Made by a program: the position numbers and the translations under genes. Shown one piece after another: positions 26,083 to 38,769 of a stretch of DNA of 64,000 nucleotides. Each line of letters begins with the position of its first letter. Within the stretch, counting starts at the first letter, position 1. A model generated the notes under the pieces. The model worked only from the letters and a program-made list of their open reading frames with translations, made no database searches and was not told the DNA's origin. This DNA is from Octopus vulgaris (Eukaryota): assembly GCA_951406725.2 (NCBI GenBank), contig OX597814.1:107322001-107386000 (forward strand), read 5' to 3'.

Positions 26083-26500
26083 TTTTCTCTTTTTTCTCTT
26101 TCTCTCTCTATCTCTCTCTTTATCTCTCTTTTTATCTCTGTTTCTCTCTCTTTCTCGCTATCTTAATCTCGCTCTCTCTCTACCCTCTCTCTTTCTCTCT
26201 CTCCCTACCCTCTCTCTTTCCCTCTCTCTTTATTTCTCTCTCCATCTGTCTATCTCTTTCTCTCTATCTTTATCTCTCTTTTTCTCTCTATTTTTCTTTC
26301 TCCTTTTCTCTCTCTTTCTCTGTCTCTGCCCTCACTATGCACTTTGTTTTTTCCCTTTTCTATCTTCTGGTTTTCTTCTCTCTCCTCCTCTCTCTCTCTC
26401 TCTCTTCCTTTCTCTCTCTCTTCCCCTCTACTTTTTTCAGTCTGTCTCTCTTTCTCTCTACTCTCTTCATTCTTCCCCCTTTCTCTCTCTCCCTCTTTCT
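25455..26500. repeat. (TA)n and (GA/GT)n tract, then a polypyrimidine (CT)n tract of about 520 nt
   Basis: (GA/GT)n at about 25493-25642; (CT)-rich at 25980-26500. Confidence 0.9.
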
Positions 26501-26935
26501 TTGACCCAATAAGCTCTACTGAAAGCTTTCTCAATTTGCAGATCTTTAAAGAAACAGTCCTTGTATGTGACCCAACAAACGAAAGTATCGCTCGCAGACG
26601 ATCAATGGCATTAGAAAGCTGCTTAGCCTTTTTCTATAACATTCCCATTTCACTGAAAACCCTTCCATTTGGTGCCAAATCTCTTGTAGTGGTGTCTGGT
26701 GTTCTAAAGCTATCTATGTTCCATTACCTCACTGTTTTTCAACAGCCATGCACCCCCCCCCCCCTCCCGAGAAATGTAACAGCTGTGTTTAATTGAAAAC
26801 ATTAGTTTAGCTCTGGCAAGGAACTTTTAATCATCCATACAGACACATTTCTCTCCTACAATATCACGATTCTCTCTCACACACTGTCTTGCAACACGAT
26901 ATAGCTCAAGTCTTTGGTCCTCACAGCGCTGATTG

Positions 26936-27132
26936 TATGCTGTCAACTTAATGTGACAGTCCCATGAGAGGGAATAATACTACTGCTATCTAGCCCTAGG
27001 AAGCAGCACTACTTCCTGTCGGCCTTGACACATTTTCTGTGTCCTTATGTTTACAAGGGGTACTGCTTCCTAGGGCTAAATAGCAATACTATGATTCCCT
27101 TCATGGAACTGTCACATTAAGTTGACAGCATA
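26936..27132. mobile_element. Hairpin MITE with arms of about 72 bp and TA ends
   Basis: tatgctgtcaacttaatgtgacag...ccctaggaagcag pairs with ctgcttcctaggg...ctgtcacattaagttgacagcata; loop of about 52 nt. Confidence 0.8.
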
Positions 27133-27195
27133 TGACTTTATCATATCACTACTGTATAAATGTATAAATCTCTCTGAGAGATTTTAAAATGTATC

Positions 27196-27232
<37 letters not shown>

Positions 27233-27274
27233 TATATAGGTGTGAGAGAGTTGGTATGTTTATATCTGGCTTTC

Positions 27275-27460
27275 ATGCCGGTGGCATGTAAAAAGCACCC
27301 ACTACACTCTCGGAGTGGTTGGCGTTAGGAAGGGTATCCAGCTGTAGAAACTCTGCCAGATCAGATTGGAGTCTGGTGCAGCCATCTGGTTCGCCAGACC
27401 TCAGTCAAATCGTCCAACCCATGCTAGCATGGAAAGCGGACGTTAAACGATGATGATGAT
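27275..27460 (+). mobile_element. Retroposon family D with (GAT)n tail (representative copy)
   Basis: tggcgttaggaagggtatccagctgtagaaa...ggaaagcggacgttaaacgatgatgat. Other copies at about 6735-7600, 12818-13350, 15100-15425, 16950-17220, 44395-44820, 46718-47005, 58550-59010, 62455-62800, often with 60-70 nt internal tandem units. Confidence 0.8.
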
Positions 27461-27559
27461 ATATGGTGTATCATCAGATCCCAAAACCTGTTGATCCAAA
27501 ACCTCTTAAAGGGCAATAATCTGTTCACTGGGAGCTGCACAAAGCCAGATTTCATAGGG

Positions 27560-28306
27560 GGGATGCAATCAGAAAACTACTACTTTCAGAAACAAACATT
27601 GCAAAGCATTTTGAGTGGAGTAAGAACCTACACAATTGGTCCCTAGAGCAGTGGAAGAATGTTATTTTCTCGGACATATCATCATATACCCCATTTTTGA
27701 CCACTGGCCAAGTATCCACGTGGAGACAGCCAAAAGAAGCATTTGACCCAGACAACCTTCTTCCAACTGTTAAACATGGAGGAGGATCTGTGATGATCTG
27801 AGGGGCAATATCTTGGAAATCCGCCGGCCCAATGGTTTCCCTTCATGGCAGAATTAATAGTGAAAACTATTTAAGTATTTTATCTGATCAAATTCATCCT
27901 ATGGTTGCGGAACTGTTTCTGGAGGGAAGCGCAATCTTTCAGGATGATAATGCACCAATTCACACAGCTAAAGTTGTTACTAAATGGCACAAGGAACATT
28001 CTAGTGAAACTGGACATCTTATCTGGCCACCACAATCCCCAGATCTCAATATTATTGAATATTAATGGTGCATTTTAGAAAAACAAGTAAAGAGTTGATA
28101 TCCTCCACCATCATCACTACAAGAACTGGAGATTGTTTTAGCTGAAGAATGGAGAAAAATTCCTTTGGAAACAATTCAGACTTTGTACGAGTCCATACCT
28201 CATAGAATTCAAGTTGCAATTACTGCCAATGGTGGTCCTGCCCTATATTAAAATAAATTTGTTTGAAATTTTAAGGTGTCTCCATTATTTTGTCCAACCC
28301 CTCTGT
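27560..28306 (+). mobile_element. 3' half of a Tc1-like transposon with DD36E spacing
   Basis: WSLEQWKNVIFSD, FQDDNAPIH...WPPQSPDLNIIE (36 residues between D and E), in-frame stops, TIR-like end ...ttttgtccaacccctctgta. Confidence 0.85.
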
Positions 28307-29593
28307 ATATAATTATACAGATATAATTATAATTAAGGGTACTGAGAAAATAGCACCTACATGCTAGAGATAGATGTCAAATGACTTTAAAAGACACTTC
28401 AAAATACATTCAATTTGCATAAGGCTGAAAGAAAGGAAATGAATAAAAGGCATTTAGTAAAAATGAAAAAATTTTTAACTTTTTGCTAATTGCGTTAATT
28501 TTTACCTTTATGGTTTTTTACATGCTGACCACTGATAATGTGTACTATATGGGACCAGATTCGGCCAGTTTGAACATAGAAAAGGTAGAATGCTTGATCT
28601 AGGTACAGTGAGTTTGAGCATAAAACAGGTAGACTATTTCGGCCAGATGGGGGTCAGTTTAAATGCTAAAGGATTATAACATTTGATGCTTTTCACTAAA
28701 AGTGTTTACTTTTTTGTAAAGTCCACATCAGACATTTTTCTGACAATTCCCTCTATGCCTTTGTTTTGTATCGCATTCCTCAGTGCTCAGTCACTAACCA
28801 GAGTGAATAGAAAAGGGTAGTGTAGACATCTTTGTCTAACACTTGGAGGTATTAGGAAAAAAAAATCAGTGGTCAGTGTGGCCAGCTTCAGTCCTGATAC
28901 AATATGTAAATTTGATTAAAGTGGTGAGCAGGCAGAAATGTTAGCATGCTGGGTGAAATGCTTTTATTTCACATTACTTCAATGAGTTCAATTCCCAGTA
29001 ACATGACGTATCCTTGAGCAAGACACTTTATTTTACATTGCTCCTGTCCATTCAGCTGGCAAAAATGAGTTGTACCAGTAATACAAAGGGTCAGCCTTAT
29101 CGTATTCTGTGTCACACTCAATCTCTCTGAGAACTCCATGTTTAGGGTGTGCATGTCTGTGGAGTGCTCAGCCACTAATTTCACAAGCAAGCTGTTCTGT
29201 TGATCAGATCAATTGGAACCCAGTTTTATTGTACATCCAAACAGGGTACCCCAACTGCTATTTCTGAAATACTTCAGATATATCACCAGTTATCAATAAT
29301 TATAGGTGTTCAAACAATTAAGCATCTCTGACCAAATTCTTGCATGAAAGCTTTGACCTATTTTATCTCTGTAGAACCTAATTCTTCACATCTGCCAAAG
29401 AAGAAACACCCAACGACAGTACTTTGGTGTAAAGATTGTTTGCCAACATAACATGGTAGTTCTGATTTAGGACAAATGTTACTGTAATTTAGCCCCAGGA
29501 GATATCGTCTCCAGCTGGTTATACAACACGATCTGTGTCCTTGTATTTTCGAAGAAGAGCATTTAGCACCCCGACTCAGCTCAAAACAATATG

Positions 29594-29634
29594 TGTGTAT
29601 CGCGATTTCCGGGTTATTTCCCTTCATCAGCACA
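29594..29634 (-). ncRNA. Minimal type I hammerhead ribozyme, intact core (tandem copy a)
   Basis: Minus strand: tgtg-CTGATGA-aggg-aaataa-cccg-GAAA-tcgcga-TA-caca. Stem I tgtg/caca, stem II ggg/ccc, palindromic stem III ATCGCGAT. Confidence 0.85.
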
Positions 29635-29940
29635 GAATAATTGTTTGGTTAGGGCTGCCAAATTCCCATTCAAAATATATAGTTTTCAAAGTGACAACTA
29701 GTCACTGATTTATGAATTAGAAAATTACTATTTTTAAATCTCTCACCGAGAGATATTAAGTAACACTATTTTGTAGTAAAGATTGTTTGCCAACATAACA
29801 TGGCAGTCCTGGTTTAGGATGAACATTGCTGTAATTTAGCTCCAGGAGACATCGTCTCCAGCTGGCTATACAACATGATCTGTGTCCTTATATTTTCGAA
29901 CAAGGGAATCTAGCACCCCCACTCAGCTCAAAACAATATC

Positions 29941-29981
29941 TGTGTATCATGATTTCCAGGTTATTTCCCTTCATCAGCACA
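29941..29981 (-). ncRNA. Minimal type I hammerhead ribozyme, intact core (tandem copy b)
   Basis: Minus strand: tgtg-CTGATGA-aggg-aaataa-cctg-GAAA-tcatga-TA-caca. Stem III ATCATGAT is still palindromic. Confidence 0.8.
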
Positions 29982-30857
29982 ATAATTGTTCACCTAGAGA
30001 TGGTGCTGCCAAATTCTCGTTGGAAATATATAGTTTTCAAAGTGATAACTAGTCACTGATTTTGTTGTGAGATTTACAAATAGTAATTTTCTAACAGTAA
30101 TTTTATTCTTTCACTCAAACTGTTCCCAATCTGAGAAAAAAATTTATGCAATTAAAAGTTAACGAGGGAATTAATTCATTAGAGCAAAAGTTGCTTATTA
30201 AAATTCTGCAATTTAATTAGCTAAGTGTCTAATATGACAAATTATGAACATCTGTGGGAAAACGACTTCACAAAAACGTTTCTGATCATCTTGGGTTGGG
30301 AACCAACTGTTAGAAAGTGTACAAGTGCAATAAAGCTTAAATCATCACCGTTCCTCATCACCATCATCATCATCATCATCACCATCACCATCATCACCAC
30401 CACCATCATCACCACCATCACCATCATCATCACCACCACCACCACCACCTCTGCCGCTACCACCACTAACACAACCACCACCACCATCATCACCACCACT
30501 GCCGCCGCTACCACTACCACAACCTCCATCACCACCACCACCAGTGCTTTCTTACAGACAGACAGACAGATAGATAGATAGAATGATAGGCAGGCTGACA
30601 GACAGACAGACAGACAGAAAAAGAAAAAAGTGAGAGAAAATGCTCTATGTCTAACTATCTCTCTCTCTCCTCCTACATTCTACCCATCTGTGCTCCCTGA
30701 TTCCCTGTCACAACTCACTCTTACTCACCCCATAAATAGAAAGGTTCCTCCCTGACACACCACAACCATCATTTTCATCTCTTCCCACCTCCACCTCAGT
30801 CGCTTTCACTCTCTTCTAAAAAGTGAGCAGCCAGGTAGTTCCTCTACAGCAAGAAAC

Positions 30858-31480
30858 CTGTTCTGGGCCCCTTCTCTCATACTTTACTCTCAATTCTGTT
30901 CTGGGCCCCTTCTCTCATACTTTACTCTCAATTCTGTTCTGGGCCCCTTCTCTCTTTACTCTTCTGTTCTGGGCCCCTTCTCTTTTTTACTCTCAATTCT
31001 GTTCTGGGCCCCTTCTCTCATACTTTACTCTCAATTCTGTTCTGGGCCCCTTCTCTCATACTTTACTCTCAATTCTGTTCTGGGCCCCTTCTCTCAACTT
31101 TACTCTCAATTCTGTTCTGGGCCCCTTCTCTCATATTTTGCTCTCAATTCTGTTCTGGGCCCCTTCTCTCATACTTTACTCTCAATTCTGTTCTGGGCCC
31201 CTTCTCTCATACTTTACTCTCAATTCTGTTCTGGGCCCCTTCTCTCATACTTTACTCTCAATTCTGTTCTGGGCCCCTTCTCTCATATTTTACTCTCAAT
31301 TCTGTTCTGGGCCCCTTCTCTCATACTTTATTCTCAATTCTGTTCTGGGCCCCTTCTCTCATACTTTACTCTCAATTCTGTTCTGGGCTGCTTCTCTCAT
31401 ACTTTACTCTCAATTCTGTTCTGGGCCCCTTCCCTCATACTTTACTCTCAATTCTGTTCTGGGCCCCTTCTCTCATACTT
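30858..31480. repeat. 38-bp minisatellite, about 16-17 copies
   Basis: Unit ctgttctgggccccttctctcatactttactctcaatt; highly homogeneous, with two shortened units. Confidence 0.95.
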
Positions 31481-31729
31481 TAAACCTCTCGTTCCCTCAA
31501 ATGAAATTCTCTACTTTAGTCCTGCTCAGTGAAAAGGGGTTGTCTTGCAGATTGCATGGTGACCTCACTCGTGCTGGTGCTAGGGAAAAAAAAAACAGCA
31601 TCTGGGACACACATACTGGAAGGGATCCAATCATAGAAACACTGTAACCCTGTAGAGAATGATGTAGTCCTTGGTCTCGTCAACTTCTATCGAACCATCC
31701 AACCCATGCCAGCATGGAAGCTGGACGTT

Positions 31730-33273
31730 AAATGATGATGATGATGATGACAACAATGACAATGATGATGACAACAATGATGATGGTGATGATGATGATG
31801 ATGATGATGATGATAATGACTACAATGGTGGTTTTGGTGGTGGTGGTGGCAGTGGCGATGAGGTGGTGGTGGTGGTGGTGGTGGTGGTGATGGCAGTGGT
31901 GGTGGTGGTGATGATGAGGATGATGTTGATGGTGATGATGATTGTGATGATGATGATAATACAAACAAAAGCAACGAACATAAATGTTATAATGTCCAAA
32001 CTCACAGACGACTTTTTCAACACCAAAATCTGTTGTAATTTGAGGAGTTTCTTGTTAGTTTAGTTTAGTTCTGCCCTTGTTTCATATCAGACATTGGTTT
32101 TCACTTTGTACTGAAGGTCAAGGACGTTTTGATTGCCATGGAAACCCATTCAGCCCAGTCATTATTCCCTGTTGCACTGGATTATATAGTATTACAGTAT
32201 AACATGTCAAATTGTATGGCATTCGTTATTACACTGGCACAAATCAAACCAAATTGTTACAGGGCACAAACAGATACACCACCACCACCACTATCACTAC
32301 CATCAATACTATCACAACAATTTCCACCACCACAACCATCACCTCCACCACCACCACCACCACCACCACCATCAACACTACTACAACCACCACCTCCACA
32401 ATGACTACCACCACCTCCTCCTCCTCCTCCACCACCACCACCACCACCACCACCACCACCACCACAACCACGACTATCCCCTTCACCACAACAACAACCA
32501 CCTCCTCCTCCATCACCACCACCCACCACCACCCACTACCTTATTTCCTTACCCTGCCCTCCATTAGCAAACACCTCATTTCACTAACGACCCAATTATT
32601 CCAAGCTACTTTGTTGCAAATCCAAATTTCCTGAAAACCCATCAATCCAATTGTGACAAACCCTACTTTGCCAAGAAGTATCATTGAAGCTGAATGCTGT
32701 TTCTGTTTCATGCTAATAAACCCCCACCACCCCCGCCATCCGTTCAGTTTGGATCAGCAAATACGGAATAAACCGAGTGGGAGCAACACGGAAACATAAT
32801 CCTCTTGCATCACTGAAAGCCCACCCCCACCCCCATACCAGCCATGCCAGTCATGGCGAAGCAGATGGGAAGTGATGACGATGACGAGGAAATTCCTTAC
32901 ATAATACAGCTCGGTCAAACAGTAAAACTCATCGTCATCATCATTGTCATTGTTATCATTATCCTAACCACCACCACCACCACCACCACTACTACCACCA
33001 TCATCATCTTCAACATCATCATCACCACCATCATCACCGTCATCATCATCATCACCACCATCATTACCACCATCATCACCATCATCATCATCACCATCAT
33101 CTTCAACATCATCATCGTCATCATTATCATTGTTATCCTAACCACCACCACCATCATCATCATCACCATCACCCACCACCATCATCATCATCATTGTCAT
33201 CCTAACCATCATCATCATCATCATTACTATCTTCAACATCATCATCATCATCACCATCACCATTGTCATCCTA

Positions 33274-33305
<32 letters not shown>

Positions 33306-34085
33306 TGTCATCCTAATATCATCATCATCATCCTCATCATTGTCTTCATCATTATTGTGATCATCGTCATCATCATCATCATCATCATCATTGTCATCCT
33401 AATGTCATCATCCTCACCATCATCATCATTGTCATACTAACGTTGTCATCATTGTCAGCATCATCAGCACCATTTTAATACCTACTTTCCATGCATTCAT
33501 GTGTCAGATAGAGCGTATCGAGGTAGATTTTCAACGGCTGGATGCCCTTCCCGTAGCCAACCCTCCCTAGTTTCCCCTCGGCCCCACATGGTCTCCATGC
33601 AGACGAATGATAATGCCTGTGTAGTTGTGGCACCCATTTACAATTAACACACAATGCCTGCTTTTCAGCTTGTGTCCATGCGTGTGTGTGTTTGTGCATG
33701 TGTGCATGTGTATGTGTGTAGGGGCATGCGTGTACATGTGCATGTGTGTGTATGTGTGTTTATGTATGTATGTGTGTATCTGTGCATGCGTGCATGTCTG
33801 CATGTATATGGGGGAGCATGCATATGCATGTGCATGTGTGTGCATGCATGCTTGTGTGTGTGCACACATGTCTGTGTGCACATGTCTGCCATGTGCATGT
33901 GTGTGCTTGTGTATGCATATGTGTATCTGTGCATGCATGCATGTCTGCGCATGTGTGTGTGGGAGCATGCATGTGCATGTGTGTGTACATGTGTGTGTGT
34001 CTGCATGCGTGTTTGTGTGTGTGTATGTGCGCACATGTCTGTGCACATATCTGTGTGCGTATGTGTGTGCGTGTGTGTGTGTCTT
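31730..34085. repeat. Cluster of compound microsatellites (GAT/GGT, CAC, CAT, degenerate GT/GCAT)
   Basis: Tracts at about 31730-31960, 32275-32540, 32930-33470 and 33675-34085; similar tracts at 30355-30545 and 45705-45960. Confidence 0.9.
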
Positions 34086-34357
34086 TATGTTGACTTGGTA
34101 CGATAGTCGTAAACAATGTCCTCTGTTTCCAGTCTTCCATAAAAAACAAGTCAGACCACAGGAAAGTATTACCTTGCTTGGAAACAGGAGAAGGTTTGTG
34201 ACAGGAAGGGCATCCAACCATAGGAAAATCTGCAAGCATAAAAATGTGGACGTTAAAATGGTGGTGGTGGTGGTGGTGGTGAAGATGATGACGAAGAGTT
34301 GGCAAGCTGGCAGAATTGTTAAAGCATTGGAATAAATGTTTAGCAGTATTAGTTCTT

Positions 34358-34722
34358 TATTATCTCCGCCTTAGTGAAGGCAGAGGTATTGTTTCAGTTG
34401 TGTTTGTTTGCCTGTGGACAAGATATCTCAAGAACCGCTGGATGGATTCGGATGAAACTTTCAGGGATATTTGGCCTCATAACTGACACGAACGGATTTG
34501 ATTTTGGAATCGATCCGGCACCGGACAAGGATTCTGGATTTATTTTTCCTATTTTTAAACTTAATTTTTGAGAGCGCTCAGGTTCATTTTTATTATTCTC
34601 GTTTGTGAGAGCAGTCGAGTTTATTTCAGATATTCTCATTCTAAAAATAATCTCTGGCTAATCATTGAGAGGACATTGGTGTTGCCTTGGTGGAGGTTTG
34701 CACTCTCTGAGTGCTCTTGTTT
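34358..34722 (+). mobile_element. Helentron-associated (HINE-like) non-autonomous element
   Basis: Sub-terminal inverted repeat ctccgcc / ggtggag, gttt microsatellite near the 5' end, 3' hairpin gcactc-tct-gagtgc at 34700-34714. Confidence 0.45.
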
Positions 34723-35959
34723 GTTCTGAATCCAAATTATTCCAAGATGAACTTTGCTTTTAACCCCTCCATAGTCAATGAAACAAAATACCAGTAATGT
34801 ACTGAGGTGGATTTAATCGGTTAACTATTCATCATCATCATTGTTTAACATCTTCCTCATATTGTTGGATGGTTTGACAGGAGCTGGCCAAACAGGAGCC
34901 TGCTCCAGACTTCTGTGTCCGTTTTGGCAGGGTTTTTACAACTGATTGCCCTTCCTAATGCCAACCACTCACCAGAGTGGAGTGAGTGTTTTTAACATGG
35001 TACAAGCACAAACAAGGTCAGTTTTGGCAAGGTTTTTATAGCTGGATGCCCTTCCTAACACCAACCACTCACCAGAATGAAGTGAGTGTTTTTAACATGG
35101 TACAAGCACAAGGGGAGGTTAGTTTTGGCAAGGCTTTTATAGCTGGATGCCCTTCCAAATGCCAACCACTTTACAGTGTGGATGGGATGCTTTTTAAGCA
35201 GCACATGCACTGACAGGGTCACCAAGTAACTTGCAAGACATCCCTTTAAAAATTACTGACCTTGTGTGTCTTAATTAAGATTAATTATTTATGTGGAGAC
35301 AAAACCAGTGAATTAAACTCCAACAGAAAATTTTTTTTTAAATAATAAATAAAAGTTAGAAATAAACCAGAAATTATAGATCAAGTCAGATTTAATAAAA
35401 AAAAAAAAGACCACCACCATTGATCATGACAGTTATGGATGGGCAATAAATATTTAGTTTCAGTTTGAAATCCATCATCTGAGGCTGATAGGTGGAGATC
35501 CTGAAGTGGAGAAGGCCATATATTGTAACATAATTGGAGAAAGTTTTCTCTGTGCGTCTGTTGGAAGGAAACCAGATCAGCTTGAAGACTTGTGCGGGTT
35601 TGTTTGAAAAGGTTATGAACAATAACATGAGGGAAATGTCACAAAGATATTGATCAATCATTAATCAGGTTTCTTTTAACCTTTTAGCATCAGGATTACT
35701 CTGTATAAATGTTAATGTTTATTTAATCACATTGCTTTGAATTAATCATGCATTGTCTTGCAGCCTTGAAATTTCGATGATGTGACTTTTTTTTTATATT
35801 CTGCCACAGGTTGGTAGACATAAAATTAAGTAATAAAGTTCTATATTTAAGAGATGAGGAATTATGTACATTATTTACATTGTCAGTGGAAATGTTGTGT
35901 TAACAACAAACAAGATGAGGACAAATATTCATCAAATGTAAATAACAGCCCACAGACAT

Positions 35960-36768
35960 ATGAGGGTGAAAAATTGGATATTAATTTGATCAACATTAAT
36001 TTAAAACCAGTGGTTTAGCATATTAAAAACGAGGTCGGACATGTATCTAGTTCTACCTATTACACATGTGGTTATTTTTCAGAAGTCCTTGTTTTGGCAC
36101 GCTAAACTAATGGTCATCCCCCTCATATGTATGTAATACAATTTACTAAACCTTCAGTTTTTAATATGCTAGGCCACTGGTTTTAAATTGATGTTAATCA
36201 AATTAATATCCAATTTTTTACCCTCATTTTAATTTTAATTTTAAATTAATATGTCCTCTAACCGGCAAAAGCTACTGCAGTGAATTAGTTTCTGCAGTAT
36301 TATTTCCGGTAATTTAGCGCGCCAAAACGAGGACTTTTGAAAAATAACCACAAGTGTAATAGGTAGAGCTAGATACATGTCCAACCTCGTGCGGACATTT
36401 CGTGTACAGTTCTGCAAATTATATTTGTATTGACGATCATGCTGAAGATCTACAGACAAATTGCATAAGTAAAATTACATAATCTGTTGATAGTGAAACA
36501 TTGGTTGTGATTAATCTATATTTTTGCTGCTTTTCATTTGTCTTGCTCGCCTACTTTCTGGTGTTTGCTAAATTTTCTTGAGAACATTTCTTAGAGGTAA
36601 CACCATAGCGGATCTACTTCTAGCATAAGGGTTGTCCACTTAGTGGTCATCCCTCTCATATGTATGTAATACAATTAACTGAACCTTCAGTTTTTAATAT
36701 ACTAAGCCACTAGTTTTAAATTGATGTTAACCAAATTAATATCCAATTTTTCACCCTCATTTTAATTT
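35960..36768 (+). mobile_element. Rearranged repeat: about 1.25 copies of a 533-nt unit preceded by two inverted fragments (Penelope pLTR-like)
   Basis: 36111-36235 recurs at 36644-36768; 35960-36030 is the reverse complement of 36158-36227; 36030-36108 is the reverse complement of 36313-36389. Confidence 0.6.
36435..36512 (+). ncRNA. Possible degenerate hammerhead ribozyme
   Basis: atcat-g-CTGAAGA-tctacaga...tctg..tagt-GAAA-cattgg-TT-gtgat. Core boxes intact; stem I register and stem III imperfect. Confidence 0.45.
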
Positions 36769-38489
36769 TATATATATATATGTCTGTATATATATATATA
36801 TATATGAGTGTGTGTATATGATTGTGTGCCTGTGTTTGACCCCCACCATCGCTTGACAACCGATGCTGGCGTGTTTACGTCCCTGTAACTTAGTGGTTCG
36901 GCAAAAGAGACCGATAGAATAAGTACTAGTACTGGGGCCAATTTGCTCAACTAAAGGCGGTGCTCCAGCCATGGCCGCAGTCAAATGACTGAAACAAGTA
37001 AAAGAATAAAAGAATATATATATACATATATATCTTTTATCTTTTACTTGTTTCAGTCATTTGACTGAGGCCATGCTGGAATACCGTCTTGAATTTTTAG
37101 ATGAATGAATCAACTCCAGTGCTTCTTTTTTTTAAAGCCTAGTATTTACTTTATCAGTTTCCTTTGCTGAACAGCTATGTTATAGGCCTAGTGATAGATT
37201 GTCACTATATAAACCTACAATAACTATACATGAGTTAATGTGACGACTTAATATAACTTAACCCTGGATTAAGGTATAATCTTTAAGGATTTTTAAACCA
37301 GAGGTCTCTGCCTGCAGGTGGGTGGGGTGTATGAGCTTAAAAGAAAAATTTTTGAAAATGGGAGTCTCATAGTACTTTCATTTAAGGGCCAAACAAAATA
37401 TTAAATCAGTTCTGAAAGAAATTGCATAGGGATGACATCTGCAGGAAACAATAGTAAAGTGTGTCAATATCATTATTGTGGTGAGTAAATAATTTGGAAA
37501 CTTTTAGTTGTTGTTATGTTGCACTTTTCAGCAAAGTTATACTTTTAGCAAAATACAATAATTGTTCAATCTAGAATAAATTACTTTCTCACGTATTTCA
37601 CAGTTGAGTGGTTGCGCCATCAGAACAATTTCTCCCCACTACAACCTACCACACACATGCACACGCAGACACACACGAACTTGCCGTGGGTGTGGTTGTC
37701 ATGGTGTTTGACAAGTTAGTGAAGGAAAATTTTTATTTTTCAGGCTGCATAAAGAAGCAAATTTAACAATACCCACAAACATTTAATTTAATTTCTGGGT
37801 GAGCTGGCAGAAACATTAGCGCGTTGGGCGAAATGCTTAGCAGTATTTCGTTTTCCTTTACGTTTTGTGTTCAAATTCTGCCAAGGTCGTCTTTGCCTTT
37901 CATCCTTTTGGGGTCAATAAATTAAGTACCAGTTGCATACTGGAGTTGATCTAATCAACTGGGCCCATCCCCCAGAATTTTGGGGACTTGTGCCGAGAGT
38001 AGAAAAGAATTGTGTTGATCTTTTACAAATGCTAAAAACAATAATTACACACCAGAAGAGACATTTGTGCCAGCCCATCATCATCATCATCATCATTTGT
38101 CTACCTTCCATACTGGCATGGATAGGGTGGTTCAACAGGAGCTGGCCAGGCTCTGTGATCGTTTTGGCAAGGTTTTTACAACTGAATGCCCTTCCAAACA
38201 CCAACCACTCAGGAAAGTGGCTTTGGGGATTTTACATCTATCAGGTTTGGTTAGGTTTTTACAGCTGGATGCCCTTCCACATGCCAACCACTTCACAGTG
38301 TGGACAGGGTGCTTTTAAGTGGCACCTACACTGACAGGGTCACCAAGTAACTTGCAAGGCAAAAAAATATTTTGAAAGGGGAGGGGGCATTGGAGGAGGA
38401 GATCTTGTGTCAAATGATGAAAGGTTAAAGTGAGAGGGAGAGACAGAAACAGGTGTTTTGCTGTAGAGGAGGTACAAGGTTACCTGGCC

Positions 38490-38521
<32 letters not shown>

Positions 38522-38769
38522 GGAATGAAGATAAAAACATTACAACTAGAAAATAATTGTGTTATATTTGTGATGTTAAAAATTCCTGTCATCTGTCTCA
38601 GTTGGCTGGATGGTGATGAGAATGGAGAGATCAGGTGACTGGCCCCAACGTCTGTAATTACTGCCAAAAACTGCTTTTTACAGGGCACAAGTAGAAGATT
38701 CCAGAAGATCGAATCAGGCAATAACCTGATGCTGATTGGTTGTTTAAAAGACCAATCACGTGAAGCTAC

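Larger units (their letters stand above)
29429..30094 (-). mobile_element. Tandem 347-nt hammerhead-containing unit with a terminal inverted segment
   Basis: 29429-29712 is repeated at 29776-30063; 30067-30094 is the reverse complement of about 29717-29746; one hammerhead per unit. Confidence 0.75.

Noticed and set aside
30823-31647. Longest ORF in the window (274 aa)
   Set aside because: Produced by the stop-free 38-bp minisatellite; not called as a gene.
30225-34335. Poly-T/I/H/V/C ORFs (also 15870-16185, 25941-26796, 45616-46055)
   Set aside because: Translations of microsatellites, open in several frames on both strands.
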